Shown here: positions 1 through 13,300 of the stretch, one piece after another
Numbering within the stretch: the stretch's first letter is position 1
How the letters are laid out: each line of letters begins with the position of its first letter
Assembly (NCBI GenBank): GCA_964057225.1
Contig: OZ059895.1
Location: 310,001-374,000, forward strand
Source: Auanema rhodensis
Lineage: Eukaryota; Animalia; Nematoda
DNA length: 64,000 bases
Direction of reading: 5' to 3'
Translations under genes and position numbers: made by a program
The notes under the pieces: model-generated
The model's database searches: none
The model's input: the letters and a program-made list of their open reading frames with translations, nothing else
What the model was told of the DNA's origin: nothing

Positions 1-110
1 TTCAAAATAATTTAGCAAAAAGTAGATGTTTTTAGATTCCATTTTTCAAGGCAAAGACGATAGGCAATGTTATTCAACGAAAAAATTAATTCTTCAGGGT
101 GAAAATCGAG

Positions 111-132
111 GATATAAGTGTGAACTTATATC
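111..132. other. 9-bp perfect stem with a 4-nt loop within the monomer
   Basis: gatataagt-gtga-acttatatc. Confidence 0.85.
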
Positions 133-142
133 AGTTGATATC

Positions 143-209
143 TCGGTGCATTTTTAAGCTAGCGCAAATCTGATAACACAGATCGACGCAGCTTAAAAAT
201 CCGCATCGA
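143..209. other. Long imperfect dyad (hairpin) within the monomer, repeated in essentially every copy
   Basis: atttttaagct (150-160) is the exact reverse complement of agcttaaaaat (190-200). Inner pairs are gcg/cgc and atctg/cagat around the loop ataaca. The outer pair is tcggtgc/gcatcga with one G-T. Confidence 0.85.
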
Positions 210-283
210 ATGCACTATACTACATCGAGAAACGCTTGATACAAAAATTAGTTATGATCGTTTGAAAAATGATGCATTAGTGT

Positions 284-311
284 ATGTTGAGTTTCCATGT
301 ACACTCAACAT
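284..311. other. 9-bp perfect stem with a 10-nt loop within the monomer
   Basis: atgttgagt-ttccatgtac-actcaacat. Confidence 0.85.
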
Positions 312-324
312 TGCTTCCAAAAAC

Positions 325-359
325 ATTTTGACAAAAATTTTTTCGAAAAATTTCAAAAT
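325..359. other. A/T-tract dyad centred on TTCGAA within the monomer
   Basis: Perfect 12-bp palindrome tttttcgaaaaa (339-350), flanked by attttga (325-331) and tcaaaat (353-359). Confidence 0.85.
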
Positions 360-3300
360 AATTTAGCAAAAAGTAGATGTTTTTAGATTCCATTTTTCAA
401 GGCAAAGACGATAGACAATGTTATTCAACGAAAAAATTAATTCTTCAGGGTGAAAATCGAGGATATAAGTGTGAACTTATATCAGTTGATATCTCGGTGC
501 ATTTTTAAGCTAGCGCAAATCTGATAACACAGATCGACGCAGCTTAAAAATCCGCATCGAATGCACTATACTACATTGAGAAACGCTTGATACAAAAATT
601 AGTTATGATTGTTTGAAAAATGATGCATTAGTGTATGTTGAGTTTCCATGTACACTCAACATTGCTTCCAAAAACATTTTGACAAAAATTTTTTCGAAAA
701 ATTTCAAAATAATTTAGCAAAAAGTAGATGTTTTTAGATTCCTTTTCTTAAGGCAAAGACGATGGACAATGTTATTCAACGAAAAAATTAATTCTTCAGG
801 GTGAAAATCGAGGATATAAGTGTGAACTTATATCAGTTGATATCTCGGTGCATTTTTAAGCTAGCGCAAATCTGATAACACAGATCGACGCAACTTAAAA
901 ATCCGCATCGAATGCACTATACTACATCGAGAAACGCTTGATACAAAAATTAGTTATGATCGTTTGAAAAATGATGCATTAGTGTATGTTGAGTTTCCAT
1001 GTACACTCAACATTGCTTCCAAAAACATTTTGACAAAAATTTTTTCGAAAAATTTCAAAATAATTTAGCAAAAAGTAGATGTTTTTAGATTCCATTTTTC
1101 AAGGCAAAGACGATAGGCAATGTTATTCAACGAAAAAATTAATTCTTCAGGGTGAAAATCGAGGATATAAGTGTGAACTTATATCAGTTGATATCTCGGT
1201 GCATTTTTAAGCTAGCGCAAATCTGATAACACAGATCGACGCAGCTTAAAAATCCGCATCGAATGCACTATACTACATCGAGAAACGCTTGATACAAAAA
1301 TTAGTTATGATCGTTTGAAAAATGATGCATTAGTGTATGTTGAGTTTCCATGTACACTCAACATTGCTTCCAAAAACATTTTGACAAAAATTTTTTCGAA
1401 AAATTTCAAAATAATTTAGCAAAAAGTAGATGTTTTTAGATTCCATTTTTCAAGGCAAAGACGATAGACAATGTTATTCAACGAAAAAATTAATTCTTCA
1501 GGGTGAAAATCGAGGATATAAGTGTGAACTTATATCAGTTGATATCTCGGTGCATTTTTAAGCTAGCGCAAATCTGATAACACAGATCGACGCAGCTTAA
1601 AAATCCGCATCGAATGCACTATACTACATTGAGAAACGCTTGATACAAAAATTAGTTATGATTGTTTGAAAAATGATGCATTAGTGTATGTTGAGTTTCC
1701 ATGTACACTCAACATTGCTTCCAAAAACATTTTGACAAAAATTTTTTCGAAAAATTTCAAAATAATTTAGCAAAAAGTAGATGTTTTTAGATTCCTTTTC
1801 TTAAGGCAAAGACGATGGACAATGTTATTCAACGAAAAAATTAATTCTTCAGGGTGAAAATCGAGGATATAAGTGTGAACTTATATCAGTTGATATCTCG
1901 GTGCATTTTTAAGCTAGCGCAAATCTGATAACACAGATCGACGCAACTTAAAAATCCGCATCGAATGCACTATACTACATCGAGAAACGCTTGATACAAA
2001 AATTAGTTATGATCGTTTGAAAAATGATGCATTTGTGTATGTTGAGTTTCCATGTACACTCAACATTGCTTCCAAAAACATTTTGACAAAAATTTTTTCG
2101 AAAAATTTCAAAATAATTTAGCAAAAAGTAGATGTTTTTAGATTTCTTTTCTTAAGGCAAAGACGATGGACAATGTTATTCAACGAAAAAATTAATTCTT
2201 CAGGGTGAAAATTGAGGATATAAGTGTGAACTTATATCAGTTGATATCTCGGTGCATTTTTAAGCTAGCGCAAATCTGATAACACAGATCGACGCAACTT
2301 AAAAATCCGCATCGAATGCACTATACTACATCGAGAAACGCTTGATACAAAAATTAGTTATGATCGTTTGAAAAATGATGCATTAGTGTATGTTGAGTTT
2401 CCATGTACACTCAACATTGCTTCCAAAAACATTTTGACAAAAATTTTTTCGAAAAATTTCAAAATAATTTAGCAAAAAGTAGATGTTTTTAGATTCCTTT
2501 TCTTAAGGCAAAGACGATGGACAATGTTATTCAACGAAAAAATTAATTCTTCAGGGTGAAAATCGCGGATATAAGTGTGAACTTATATCAGTTGATATCT
2601 CGGTGCATTTTTAAGCTAGCGCAAATCTGATAACACAGATCGACGCAACTTAAAAATCCGCATCGAATGCACTATACTACATCGAGAAACGCTTGATACA
2701 AAAATTAGTTATGATCGTTTGAAAAATGATGCATTAGTGTATGTTGAGTTTCCATGTACACTCAACATTGCTTCCAAAAACATTTTGACAAAAATTTTTT
2801 CGAAAAATTTCAAAATAATTTAGCAAAAAGTAGATGTTTTTAGATTTCTTTTCTTAAGGCAAAGACGATGGACAATGTTATTCAACGAAAAAATTAATTC
2901 TTCAGGGTGAAAATCGTGGATATAAGTGTGAACTTATATCAGTTGATATCTCGGTGCATTTTTAAGCTAGCGCAAATCTGATAACACAGATCGACGCAAC
3001 TTAAAAATCCGCATCGAATGCACTATACTACATCGAGAAACGCTTGATACAAAAATTAGTTATGATCGTTTGAAAAATGATGCATTAGTGTATGTTGAGT
3101 TTCCATGTACACTCAACATTGCTTCCAAAAACATTTTGACAAAAATTTTTTCGAAAAATTTCAAAATAATTTAGCAAAAAGTAGATGTTTTTAGATTCCA
3201 TTTTTCAAGGCAAAGACGATGGACAATGTTATTCAACGAAAAAATTAATTCTTCAGGGTGAAAATCGAGGATATAAGTGTGAACTTATATCAGTTGATAT

Positions 3301-6300
3301 CTCGGTGCATTTTTAAGCTAGCGCAAATCTGATAACACAGATCGACGCAGCTTAAAAATCCGCATCGAATGCACTATACTACATTGAGAAACGCTTGATA
3401 CAAAAATTAGTTATGATTGTTTGAAAAATGATGCATTAGTGTATGTTGAGTTTCCATGTACACTCAACATTGCTTCCAAAAACATTTTGACAAAAATTTT
3501 TTCGAAAAATTTCAAAATAATTTAGCAAAAAGTAGATGTTTTTAGATTCCTTTTCTTAAGGCAAAGACGATGGACAATGTTATTCAACGAAAAAATTAAT
3601 TCTTCAGGGTGAAAATCGAGGATATAAGTGTGAACTTATATCAGTTGATATCTCGGTGCATTTTTAAGCTAGCGCAAATCTGATAACACAGATCGACGCA
3701 ACTTAAAAATCCGCATCGAATGCACTATACTACATCGAGAAACGCTTGATACAAAAATTAGTTATGATCGTTTGAAAAATGATGCATTAGTGTATGTTGA
3801 GTTTCCATGTACACTCAACATTGCTTCCAAAAACATTTTGACAAAAATTTTTTCGAAAAATTTCAAAATAATTTAGCAAAAAGTAGATGTTTTTAGATTT
3901 CTTTTCTTAAGGCAAAGACGATGGACAATGTTATTCAACGAAAAAATTAATTCTTCAGGGTGAAAATTGAGGATATAAGTGTGAACTTATATCAGTTGAT
4001 ATCTCGGTGCATTTTTAAGCTAGCGCAAATCTGATAACACAGATCGACGCAACTTAAAAATCCGCATCGAATGCACTATACTACATCGAGAAACGCTTGA
4101 TACAAAAATTAGTTATGATCGTTTGAAAAATGATGCATTAGTGTATGTTGAGTTTCCATGTACACTCAACATTGCTTCCAAAAACATTTTGACAAAAATT
4201 TTTTCGAAAAATTTCAAAATAATTTAGCAAAAAGTAGATGTTTTTAGATTCCTTTTCTTAAGGCAAAGACGATGGACAATGTTATTCAACGAAAAAATTA
4301 ATTCTTCAGGGTGAAAATCGCGGATATAAGTGTGAACTTATATCAGTTGATATCTCGGTGCATTTTTAAGCTAGCGCAAATCTGATAACACAGATCGACG
4401 CAACTTAAAAATCCGCATCGAATGCACTATACTACATCGAGAAACGCTTGATACAAAAATTAGTTATGATCGTTTGAAAAATGATGCATTAGTGTATGTT
4501 GAGTTTCCATGTACACTCAACATTGCTTCCAAAAACATTTTGACAAAAATTTTTTCGAAAAATTTCAAAATAATTTAGCAAAAAGTAGATGTTTTTAGAT
4601 TTCTTTTCTTAAGGCAAAGACGATGGACAATGTTATTCAACGAAAAAATTAATTCTTCAGGGTGAAAATCGAGGATATAAGTGTGAACTTATATCAGTTG
4701 ATATCTCGGTGCATTTTTAAGCTAGCGCAAATCTGATAACACAGATCGACGCAACTTAAAAATCCGCATCGAATGCACTATACTACATCGAGAAACGCTT
4801 GATACAAAAATTAGTTATGATCGTTTGAAAAATGATGCATTAGTGTATGTTGAGTTTCCATGTACACTCAACATTGCTTCCAAAAACATTTTGACAAAAA
4901 TTTTTTCGAAAAATTTCAAAATAATTTAGCAAAAAGTAGATGTTTTTAGATTCCATTTTTCAAGGCAAAGACGATGGACAATGTTATTCAACGAAAAAAT
5001 TAATTCTTCAGGGTGAAAATCGAGGATATAAGTGTGAACTTATATCAGTTGATATCTCGGTGCATTTTTAAGCTAGCGCAAATCTGATAACACAGATCGA
5101 CGCAGCTTAAAAATCCGCATCGAATGCACTATACTACATTGAGAAACGCTTGATACAAAAATTAGTTATGATTGTTTGAAAAATGATGCATTAGTGTATG
5201 TTGAGTTTCCATGTACACTCAACATTGCTTCCAAAAACATTTTGACAAAAATTTTTTCGAAAAATTTCAAAATAATTTAGCAAAAAGTAGATGTTTTTAG
5301 ATTCCTTTTCTTAAGGCAAAGACGATGGACAATGTTATTCAACGAAAAAATTAATTCTTCAGGGTGAAAATCGAGGATATAAGTGTGAACTTATATCAGT
5401 TGATATCTCGGTGCATTTTTAAGCTAGCGCAAATCTGATAACACAGATCGACGCAACTTAAAAATCCGCATCGAATGCACTATACTACATCGAGAAACGC
5501 TTGATACAAAAATTAGTTATGATCGTTTGAAAAATGATGCATTAGTGTATGTTGAGTTTCCATGTACACTCAACATTGCTTCCAAAAACATTTTGACAAA
5601 AATTTTTTCGAAAAATTTCAAAATAATTTAGCAAAAAGTAGATGTTTTTAGATTCCATATTTCAAGGCAAAGACGATGGACAATGTTATTCAACGAAAAA
5701 ATTAATTCTTCAGGGTGAAAATCGAGGATATAAGTGTGAACTTATATCAGTTGATATCTCGGTGCATTTTTAAGCTAGCGCAAATCTGATAACACAGATC
5801 GACGCAGCTTAAAAATCCGCATCGAATGCACTATACTACATTGAGAAACGCTCGATACAAAAATTAGTTATGATTGTTTGAAAAATGATGCATTAGTGTA
5901 TGTTGAGTTTCCATGTACACTCAACATTGCTTCCAAAAACATTTTGACAAAAATTTTTTCGAAAAATTTCAAAATAATTTAGCAAAAAGTAGATGTTTTT
6001 AGATTCCTTTTCTTAAGGCAAAGACGATGGACAATGTTATTCAACGAAAAAATTAATTCTTCAGGGTGAAAATCGAGGATATAAGTGTGAACTTATATCA
6101 GTTGATATCTCGGTGCATTTTTAAGCTAGCGCAAATCTGATAACACAGATCGACGCAGCTTAAAAATCCGCATCGAATGCACTATACTACATTGAGAAAC
6201 GCTTAATACACAAATTAGTTATGATCGTTTGAAAAATGATGCATTAGTGTATGTTGAGTTTCCATGTACACTCAACATTGCTTCCAAAAACATTTTGACA

Positions 6301-7020
6301 AAAATTTTTTCGAAAAATTTCAAAATAATTTAGCAAAAAGTAGATGTTTTTAGATTCCATTTTTCAAGGCAAAGACGATAGACAATGTTATTCAACGAAA
6401 AAATTAATTCTTCAGGGTGAAAATCGAGGATATAAGTGTGAACTTATATCAGTTGATATCTCGGTGCATTTTTAAGCTAGCGCAAATCTGATAACACAGA
6501 TCGACGCAGCTTAAAAATCCGCATCGAATGCACTATACTACATTGAAAAACGCTTAATACACAAATTAGTTATGATTGTTTGAAAAATGATGCATTAGTG
6601 TATGTTGAGTTTCCATGTACACTCAACATTGCTTCCAAAAACATTTTGACAAAAATTTTTTCGAAAAATTTCAAAATAATTTAGCAAAAAGTAGATGTTT
6701 TTAGATTTCTTTTTTCAAGGCAAAGACGATGGACCATGCTATTCAACGAAAAAATTAATTCTTCAGGGTGAAAATCGAGGATATAAGTGTGAACTTATAT
6801 CAGTTGATATCTCGGTGCATTTTTAAGCTAGCGCAAATCTGATAACACAGATCGACGCAGCTTAAAAATCCGCATCGAATGCACTATACTGCATTGAAAA
6901 ACGCTTGATACAAAAATTAGTTATGATTGTTTGAAAAATGATGCATTAGTGTATGTTGAGTTTCCATGTACACTCAACATTGCTTCCAAAAACATTTTGA
7001 CAAAAATTTTTTCGAAAAAT

Positions 7021-7356
7021 TTCAAAATAATTTAGCAAAAAGTAGATGTTTTTAGATTCCTTTTCTTAAGGCAAAGACGATGGACAATGTTATTCAACGA
7101 AAAAATTAATTCTTCAGGGTGAAAATCGAGGATATAAGTGTGAACTTATATCAGTTGATATCTCGGTGCATTTTTAAGCTAGCGCAAATCTGATAACACA
7201 GATCGACGCAGCTTAAAAATCCGCATCGAATGAACTATACTACATTGAGAAATTAGTTATGATCGTTTGAAAAATGATGCATTAGTGTATGTTGAGTTTC
7301 CATGTACACTCAACATTGCTTCCAAAAACATTTTGACAAAAATTTTTTCGAAAAAT
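7021..7356 (+). repeat. 336-bp monomer variant with a 15-bp deletion (cgcttgatacaaaaa); also near 12502, 17752 and 19843
   Basis: tacattgagaaattagttat replaces tacattgagaaacgcttgatacaaaaattagttat. The period here is 336. It is always linked to the tgaactatac SNP. Confidence 0.95.
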
Positions 7357-10300
7357 TTCAAAATAATTTAGCAAAAAGTAGATGTTTTTAGATTCCATTT
7401 TTCAAGGCAAAGACGATGGACAATGTTATTCAACGAAAAAATTAATTCTTCAGGGTGAAAATCGAGGATATAAGTGTGAACTTATATCAGTTGATATCTC
7501 GGTGCATTTTTAAGCTAGCGCAAATCTGATAACACAGATCGACGCAGCTTAAAAATCCGCATCGAATGCACTAAACTACATTGAGAAACGCTTGATACAA
7601 AAATTAGTTATGATCGTTTGAAAAATGATGCATTAGTGTATGTTGAGTTTCCATGTACACTCAACATTGCTTCCAAAAACATTTTGACAAAAATTTTTTC
7701 GAAAAATTTCAAAATAATTTAGCAAAAAGTAGATGTTTTTAGATTCCATTTTTCAAGGCAAAGACGATGGACAATGTTATTCAACGAAAAAATTAATTCT
7801 TCAGGGTGAAAATCGAGGATATAAGTGTGAACTTATATCAGTTGATATCTCGGTGCATTTTTAAGCTAGCGCAAATCTGATAACACAGATCGACGCAGCT
7901 TAAAAATCCGCATCGAATGCACTAAACTACATTGAGAAACGCTTGATACAAAAATTAGTTATGATCGTTTGAAAAATGATGCATTAGTGTATGTTGAGTT
8001 TCCATGTACACTCAACATTGCTTCCAAAAACATTTTGACAAAAATTTTTTCGAAAAATTTCAGAATAATTTAGCAAAAAGTAGATGTTTTTAGATTCCAT
8101 TTTTCAAGGCAAAGACGATGGACAATGCTATTCAACGAAAAAATTAATTCTTCAGGGTGAAAATCGAGGATATAAGTGTGAACTTATATCAGTTGATATC
8201 TCGGTGCATTTTTAAGCTAGCGCAAATCTGATAACACAGATCGACGCAGCTTAAAAATGAGCATCGAATGCACTATACTACATTGAGAAACGCTTGATAC
8301 AAAAATTAGTTATGATCGTTTGAAAAATGATGCATTAGTGTATGTTGAGTTTCCATGTACACTCAACATTGCTTCCAAAAACATTTTGACAAAAATTTTT
8401 TCGAAAAATTTCAAAATAATTTAGCAAAAAGTAGATGTTTTTAGATTCCATTTTTCAAGGCAAAGACGATGGACAATGTTATTCAACGAAAAAATTAATT
8501 CTTCAGGGTGAAAATCGAGGATATAAGTGTGAACTTATATCAGTTGATATCTCGGTGCATTTTTAAGCTAGCGCAAATCTGATAACACAGATCGACGCAG
8601 CTTAAAAATCCGCATCGAATGCACTATACTACATCGAGAAACGCTTGATACAAAAATTAGTTATGATCGTTTGAAAAATGATGCATTAGTGTATGTTGAG
8701 TTTCCATGTACACTCAACATTGCTTCCAAAAACATTTTGACAAAAATTTTTTCGAAAAATTTCAAAATAATTTAGCAAAAAGTAGATGTTTTTAGATTCC
8801 ATTTTTCAAGGCAAAGACGATAGACAATGTTATTCAACGGAAAAATTAATTCTTCAGGGTGAAAATCGAGGATATAAGTGTGAACTTATATCAGTTGATA
8901 TCTCGGTGCATTTTTAAGCTAGCGCAAATCTGATAACACAGATCGACGCAGCTTAAAAATCCGCATCGAATGCACTATACTACATTGAGAAACGCTTGAT
9001 ACAAAAATTAGTTATGATTGTTTGAAAAATGATGCATTAGTGTATGTTGAGTTTCCATGTACACTCAACATTGCTTCCAAAAACATTTTGACAAAAATTT
9101 TTTCGAAAAATTTCAAAATAATTTAGCAAAAAGTAGATGTTTTTAGATTCCTTTTCTTAAGGCAAAGACGATGGACAATGTTATTCAACGAAAAAATTAA
9201 TTCTTCAGGGTGAAAATCGAGGATATAAGTGTGAACTTATATCAGTTGATATCTCGGTGCATTTTTAAGCTAGCGCAAATCTGATAACACAGATCGACGC
9301 AACTTAAAAATCCGCATCGAATGCACTATACTACATCGAGAAACGCTTGATACAAAAATTAGTTATGATCGTTTGAAAAATGATGCATTAGTGTATGTTG
9401 AGTTTCCATGTACACTCAACATTGCTTCCAAAAACATTTTGACAAAAATTTTTTCGAAAAATTTCAAAATAATTTAGCAAAAAGTAGATGTTTTTAGATT
9501 CCTTTTCTTAAGGCAAAGACGATGGACAATGTTATTCAACGAAAAAATTAATTCTTCAGGGTGAAAATCGCGGATATAAGTGTGAACTTATATCAGTTGA
9601 TATCTCGGTGCATTTTTAAGCTAGCGCAAATCTGATAACACAGATCGACGCAACTTAAAAATCCGCATCGAATGCACTATACTACATCGAGAAACGCTTG
9701 ATACAAAAATTAGTTATGATCGTTTGAAAAATGATGCATTAGTGTATGTTGAGTTTCCATGTACACTCAACATTGCTTCCAAAAACATTTTGACAAAAAT
9801 TTTTTCGAAAAATTTCAAAATAATTTAGCAAAAAGTAGATGTTTTTAGATTTCTTTTCTTAAGGCAAAGACGATGGACAATGTTATTCAACGAAAAAATT
9901 AATTCTTCAGGGTGAAAATCGAGGATATAAGTGTGAACTTATATCAGTTGATATCTCGGTGCATTTTTAAGCTAGCGCAAATCTGATAACACAGATCGAC
10001 GCAACTTAAAAATCCGCATCGAATGCACTATACTACATCGAGAAACGCTTGATACAAAAATTAGTTATGATCGTTTGAAAAATGATGCATTAGTGTATGT
10101 TGAGTTTCCATGTACACTCAACATTGCTTCCAAAAACATTTTGACAAAAATTTTTTCGAAAAATTTCAAAATAATTTAGCAAAAAGTAGATGTTTTTAGA
10201 TTCCATTTTTCAAGGCAAAGACGATGGACAATGTTATTCAACGAAAAAATTAATTCTTCAGGGTGAAAATCGAGGATATAAGTGTGAACTTATATCAGTT

Positions 10301-13300
10301 GATATCTCGGTGCATTTTTAAGCTAGCGCAAATCTGATAACACAGATCGACGCAGCTTAAAAATCCGCATCGAATGCACTATACTACATTGAGAAACGCT
10401 TGATACAAAAATTAGTTATGATTGTTTGAAAAATGATGCATTAGTGTATGTTGAGTTTCCATGTACACTCAACATTGCTTCCAAAAACATTTTGACAAAA
10501 ATTTTTTCGAAAAATTTCAAAATAATTTAGCAAAAAGTAGATGTTTTTAGATTCCTTTTCTTAAGGCAAAGACGATGGACAATGTTATTCAACGAAAAAA
10601 TTAATTCTTCAGGGTGAAAATCGAGGATATAAGTGTGAACTTATATCAGTTGATATCTCGGTGCATTTTTAAGCTAGCGCAAATCTGATAACACAGATCG
10701 ACGCAACTTAAAAATCCGCATCGAATGCACTATACTACATCGAGAAACGCTTGATACAAAAATTAGTTATGATCGTTTGAAAAATGATGCATTAGTGTAT
10801 GTTGAGTTTCCATGTACACTCAACATTGCTTCCAAAAACATTTTGACAAAAATTTTTTCGAAAAATTTCAAAATAATTTAGCAAAAAGTAGATGTTTTTA
10901 GATTCCATTTTTCAAGGCAAAGACGATGGACAATGTTATTCAACGAAAAAATTAATTCTTCAGGGTGAAAATCGAGGATATAAGTGTGAACTTATATCAG
11001 TTGATATCTCGGTGCATTTTTAAGCTAGCGCAAATCTGATAACACAGATCGACGCAGCTTAAAAATCCGCATCGAATGCACTATACTACATTGAGAAACG
11101 CTCGATACAAAAATTAGTTATGATTGTTTGAAAAATGATGCATTAGTGTATGTTGAGTTTCCATGTACACTCAACATTGCTTCCAAAAACATTTTGACAA
11201 AAATTTTTTCGAAAAATTTCAAAATAATTTAGCAAAAAGTAGATGTTTTTAGATTCCTTTTCTTAAGGCAAAGACGATGGACAATGTTATTCAACGAAAA
11301 AATTAATTCTTCAGGGTGAAAATCGAGGATATAAGTGTGAACTTATATCAGTTGATATCTCGGTGCATTTTTAAGCTAGCGCAAATCTGATAACACAGAT
11401 CGACGCAGCTTAAAAATCCGCATCGAATGCACTATACTACATTGAGAAACGCTTAATACACAAATTAGTTATGATCGTTTGAAAAATGATGCATTAGTGT
11501 ATGTTGAGTTTCCATGTACACTCAACATTGCTTCCAAAAACATTTTGACAAAAATTTTTTCGAAAAATTTCAAAATAATTTAGCAAAAAGTAGATGTTTT
11601 TAGATTCCATTTTACAAGGCAAAGACGATAGACAATGTTATTCAACGAAAAAATTAATTCTTCAGGGTGAAAATCGAGGATATAAGTGTGAACTTATATC
11701 AGTTGATATCTCGGTGCATTTTTAAGCTAGCGCAAATCTGATAACACAGATCGACGCAGCTTAAAAATCCGCATTGAATGCACTATACTACATTGAAAAA
11801 CGCTTAATACACAAATTAGTTATGATTGTTTGAAAAATGATGCATTAGTGTATGTTGAGTTTCCATGTACACTCAACATTGCTTCCAAAAACATTTTGAC
11901 AAAAATTTTTTCGAAAAATTTCAAAATAATTTAGCAAAAAGTAGATGTTTTTAGATTTCTTTTTTCAAGGCAAAGACGATGGACCATGCTATTCAACGAA
12001 AAAATTAATTCTTCAGGGTGAAAATCGAGGATATAAGTGTGAACTTATATCAGTTGATATCTCGGTGCATTTTTAAGCTAGCGCAAATCTGATAACACAG
12101 ATCGACGCAGCTTAAAAATCCGCATCGAATGCACTATACTGCATTGAAAAACGCTTGATACAAAAATTAGTTATGATTGTTTGAAAAATGATGCATTAGT
12201 GTATGTTGAGTTTCCATGTACACTCAACATTGCTTCCAAAAACATTTTGACAAAAATTTTTTCGAAAAATTTCAAAATAATTTAGCAAAAAGTAGATGTT
12301 TTTAGATTCCTTTTCTTAAGGCAAAGACGATGGACAATGTTATTCAACGAAAAAATTAATTCTTCAGGGTGAAAATCGAGGATATAAGTGTGAACTTATA
12401 TCAGTTGATATCTCGGTGCATTTTTAAGCTAGCGCAAATCTGATAACACAGATCGACGCAGCTTAAAAATCCGCATCGAATGAACTATACTACATTGAGA
12501 AATTAGTTATGATCGTTTGAAAAATGATGCATTAGTGTATGTTGAGTTTCCATGTACACTCAACATTGCTTCCAAAAACATTTTGACAAAAATTTTTTCG
12601 AAAAATTTCAAAATAATTTAGCAAAAAGTAGATGTTTTTAGATTCCATTTTTCAAGGCAAAGACGGTGGACAATGTTATTCAACGAAAAAATTAATTCTT
12701 CAGGGTGAAAATCGAGGATATAAGTGTGAACTTATATCAGTTGATATCTCGGTGCATTTTTAAGCTAGCGCAAATCTGATAACACAGATCGACGCAGCTT
12801 AAAAATCCGCATCGAATGCACTAAACTACATTGAGAAACGCTTGATACAAAAATTAGTTATGATCGTTTGAAAAATGATGCATTAGTGTATGTTGAGTTT
12901 CCATGTACACTCAACATTGCTTCCAAAAACATTTTGACAAAAATTTTTTCGAAAAATTTCAAAATAATTTAGCAAAAAGTAGATGTTTTTAGATTCCATT
13001 TTTCAAGGCAAAGACGATGGACAATGTTATTCAACGAAAAAATTAATTCTTCAGGGTGAAAATCGAGGATATAAGTGTGAACTTATATCAGTTGATATCT
13101 CGGTGCATTTTTAAGCTAGCGCAAATCTGATAACACAGATCGACGCAGCTTAAAAATCCGCATCGAATGCACTAAACTACATTGAGAAACGCTTGATACA
13201 AAAATTAGTTATGATCGTTTGAAAAATGATGCATTAGTGTATGTTGAGTTTCCATGTACACTCAACATTGCTTCCAAAAACATTTTGACAAAAATTTTTT

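Noticed and set aside
66-82. CENP-B box-like motif on the minus strand (tttcgttgaataacatt)
   Set aside because: It matches the TTCG and A positions of nTTCGnnnnAnnCGGGn but lacks the essential CGGG.
143-209. tRNA-like gene, pre-miRNA or Rho-independent terminator in the monomer hairpins
   Set aside because: There is no cloverleaf or T-loop consensus, no gene context and no expression evidence. Recorded only as DNA dyads.
105-346. Ancestral about 117-bp trimeric (or about 175-bp dimeric) substructure suggested by TCGA near 107, 226 and 344
   Set aside because: The flanking sequences do not align convincingly by eye, and other TCGA sites fall off this period. A monomer self-alignment would be needed.
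1-351. Assignment to a named satellite family (e.g. Drosophila 1.688/359-bp, or the roughly 340-360-bp Tribolium satellites)
   Set aside because: Only length, AT-richness and short A/T-tract words are similar. I cannot confirm homology without a BLAST, Dfam or Repbase search.
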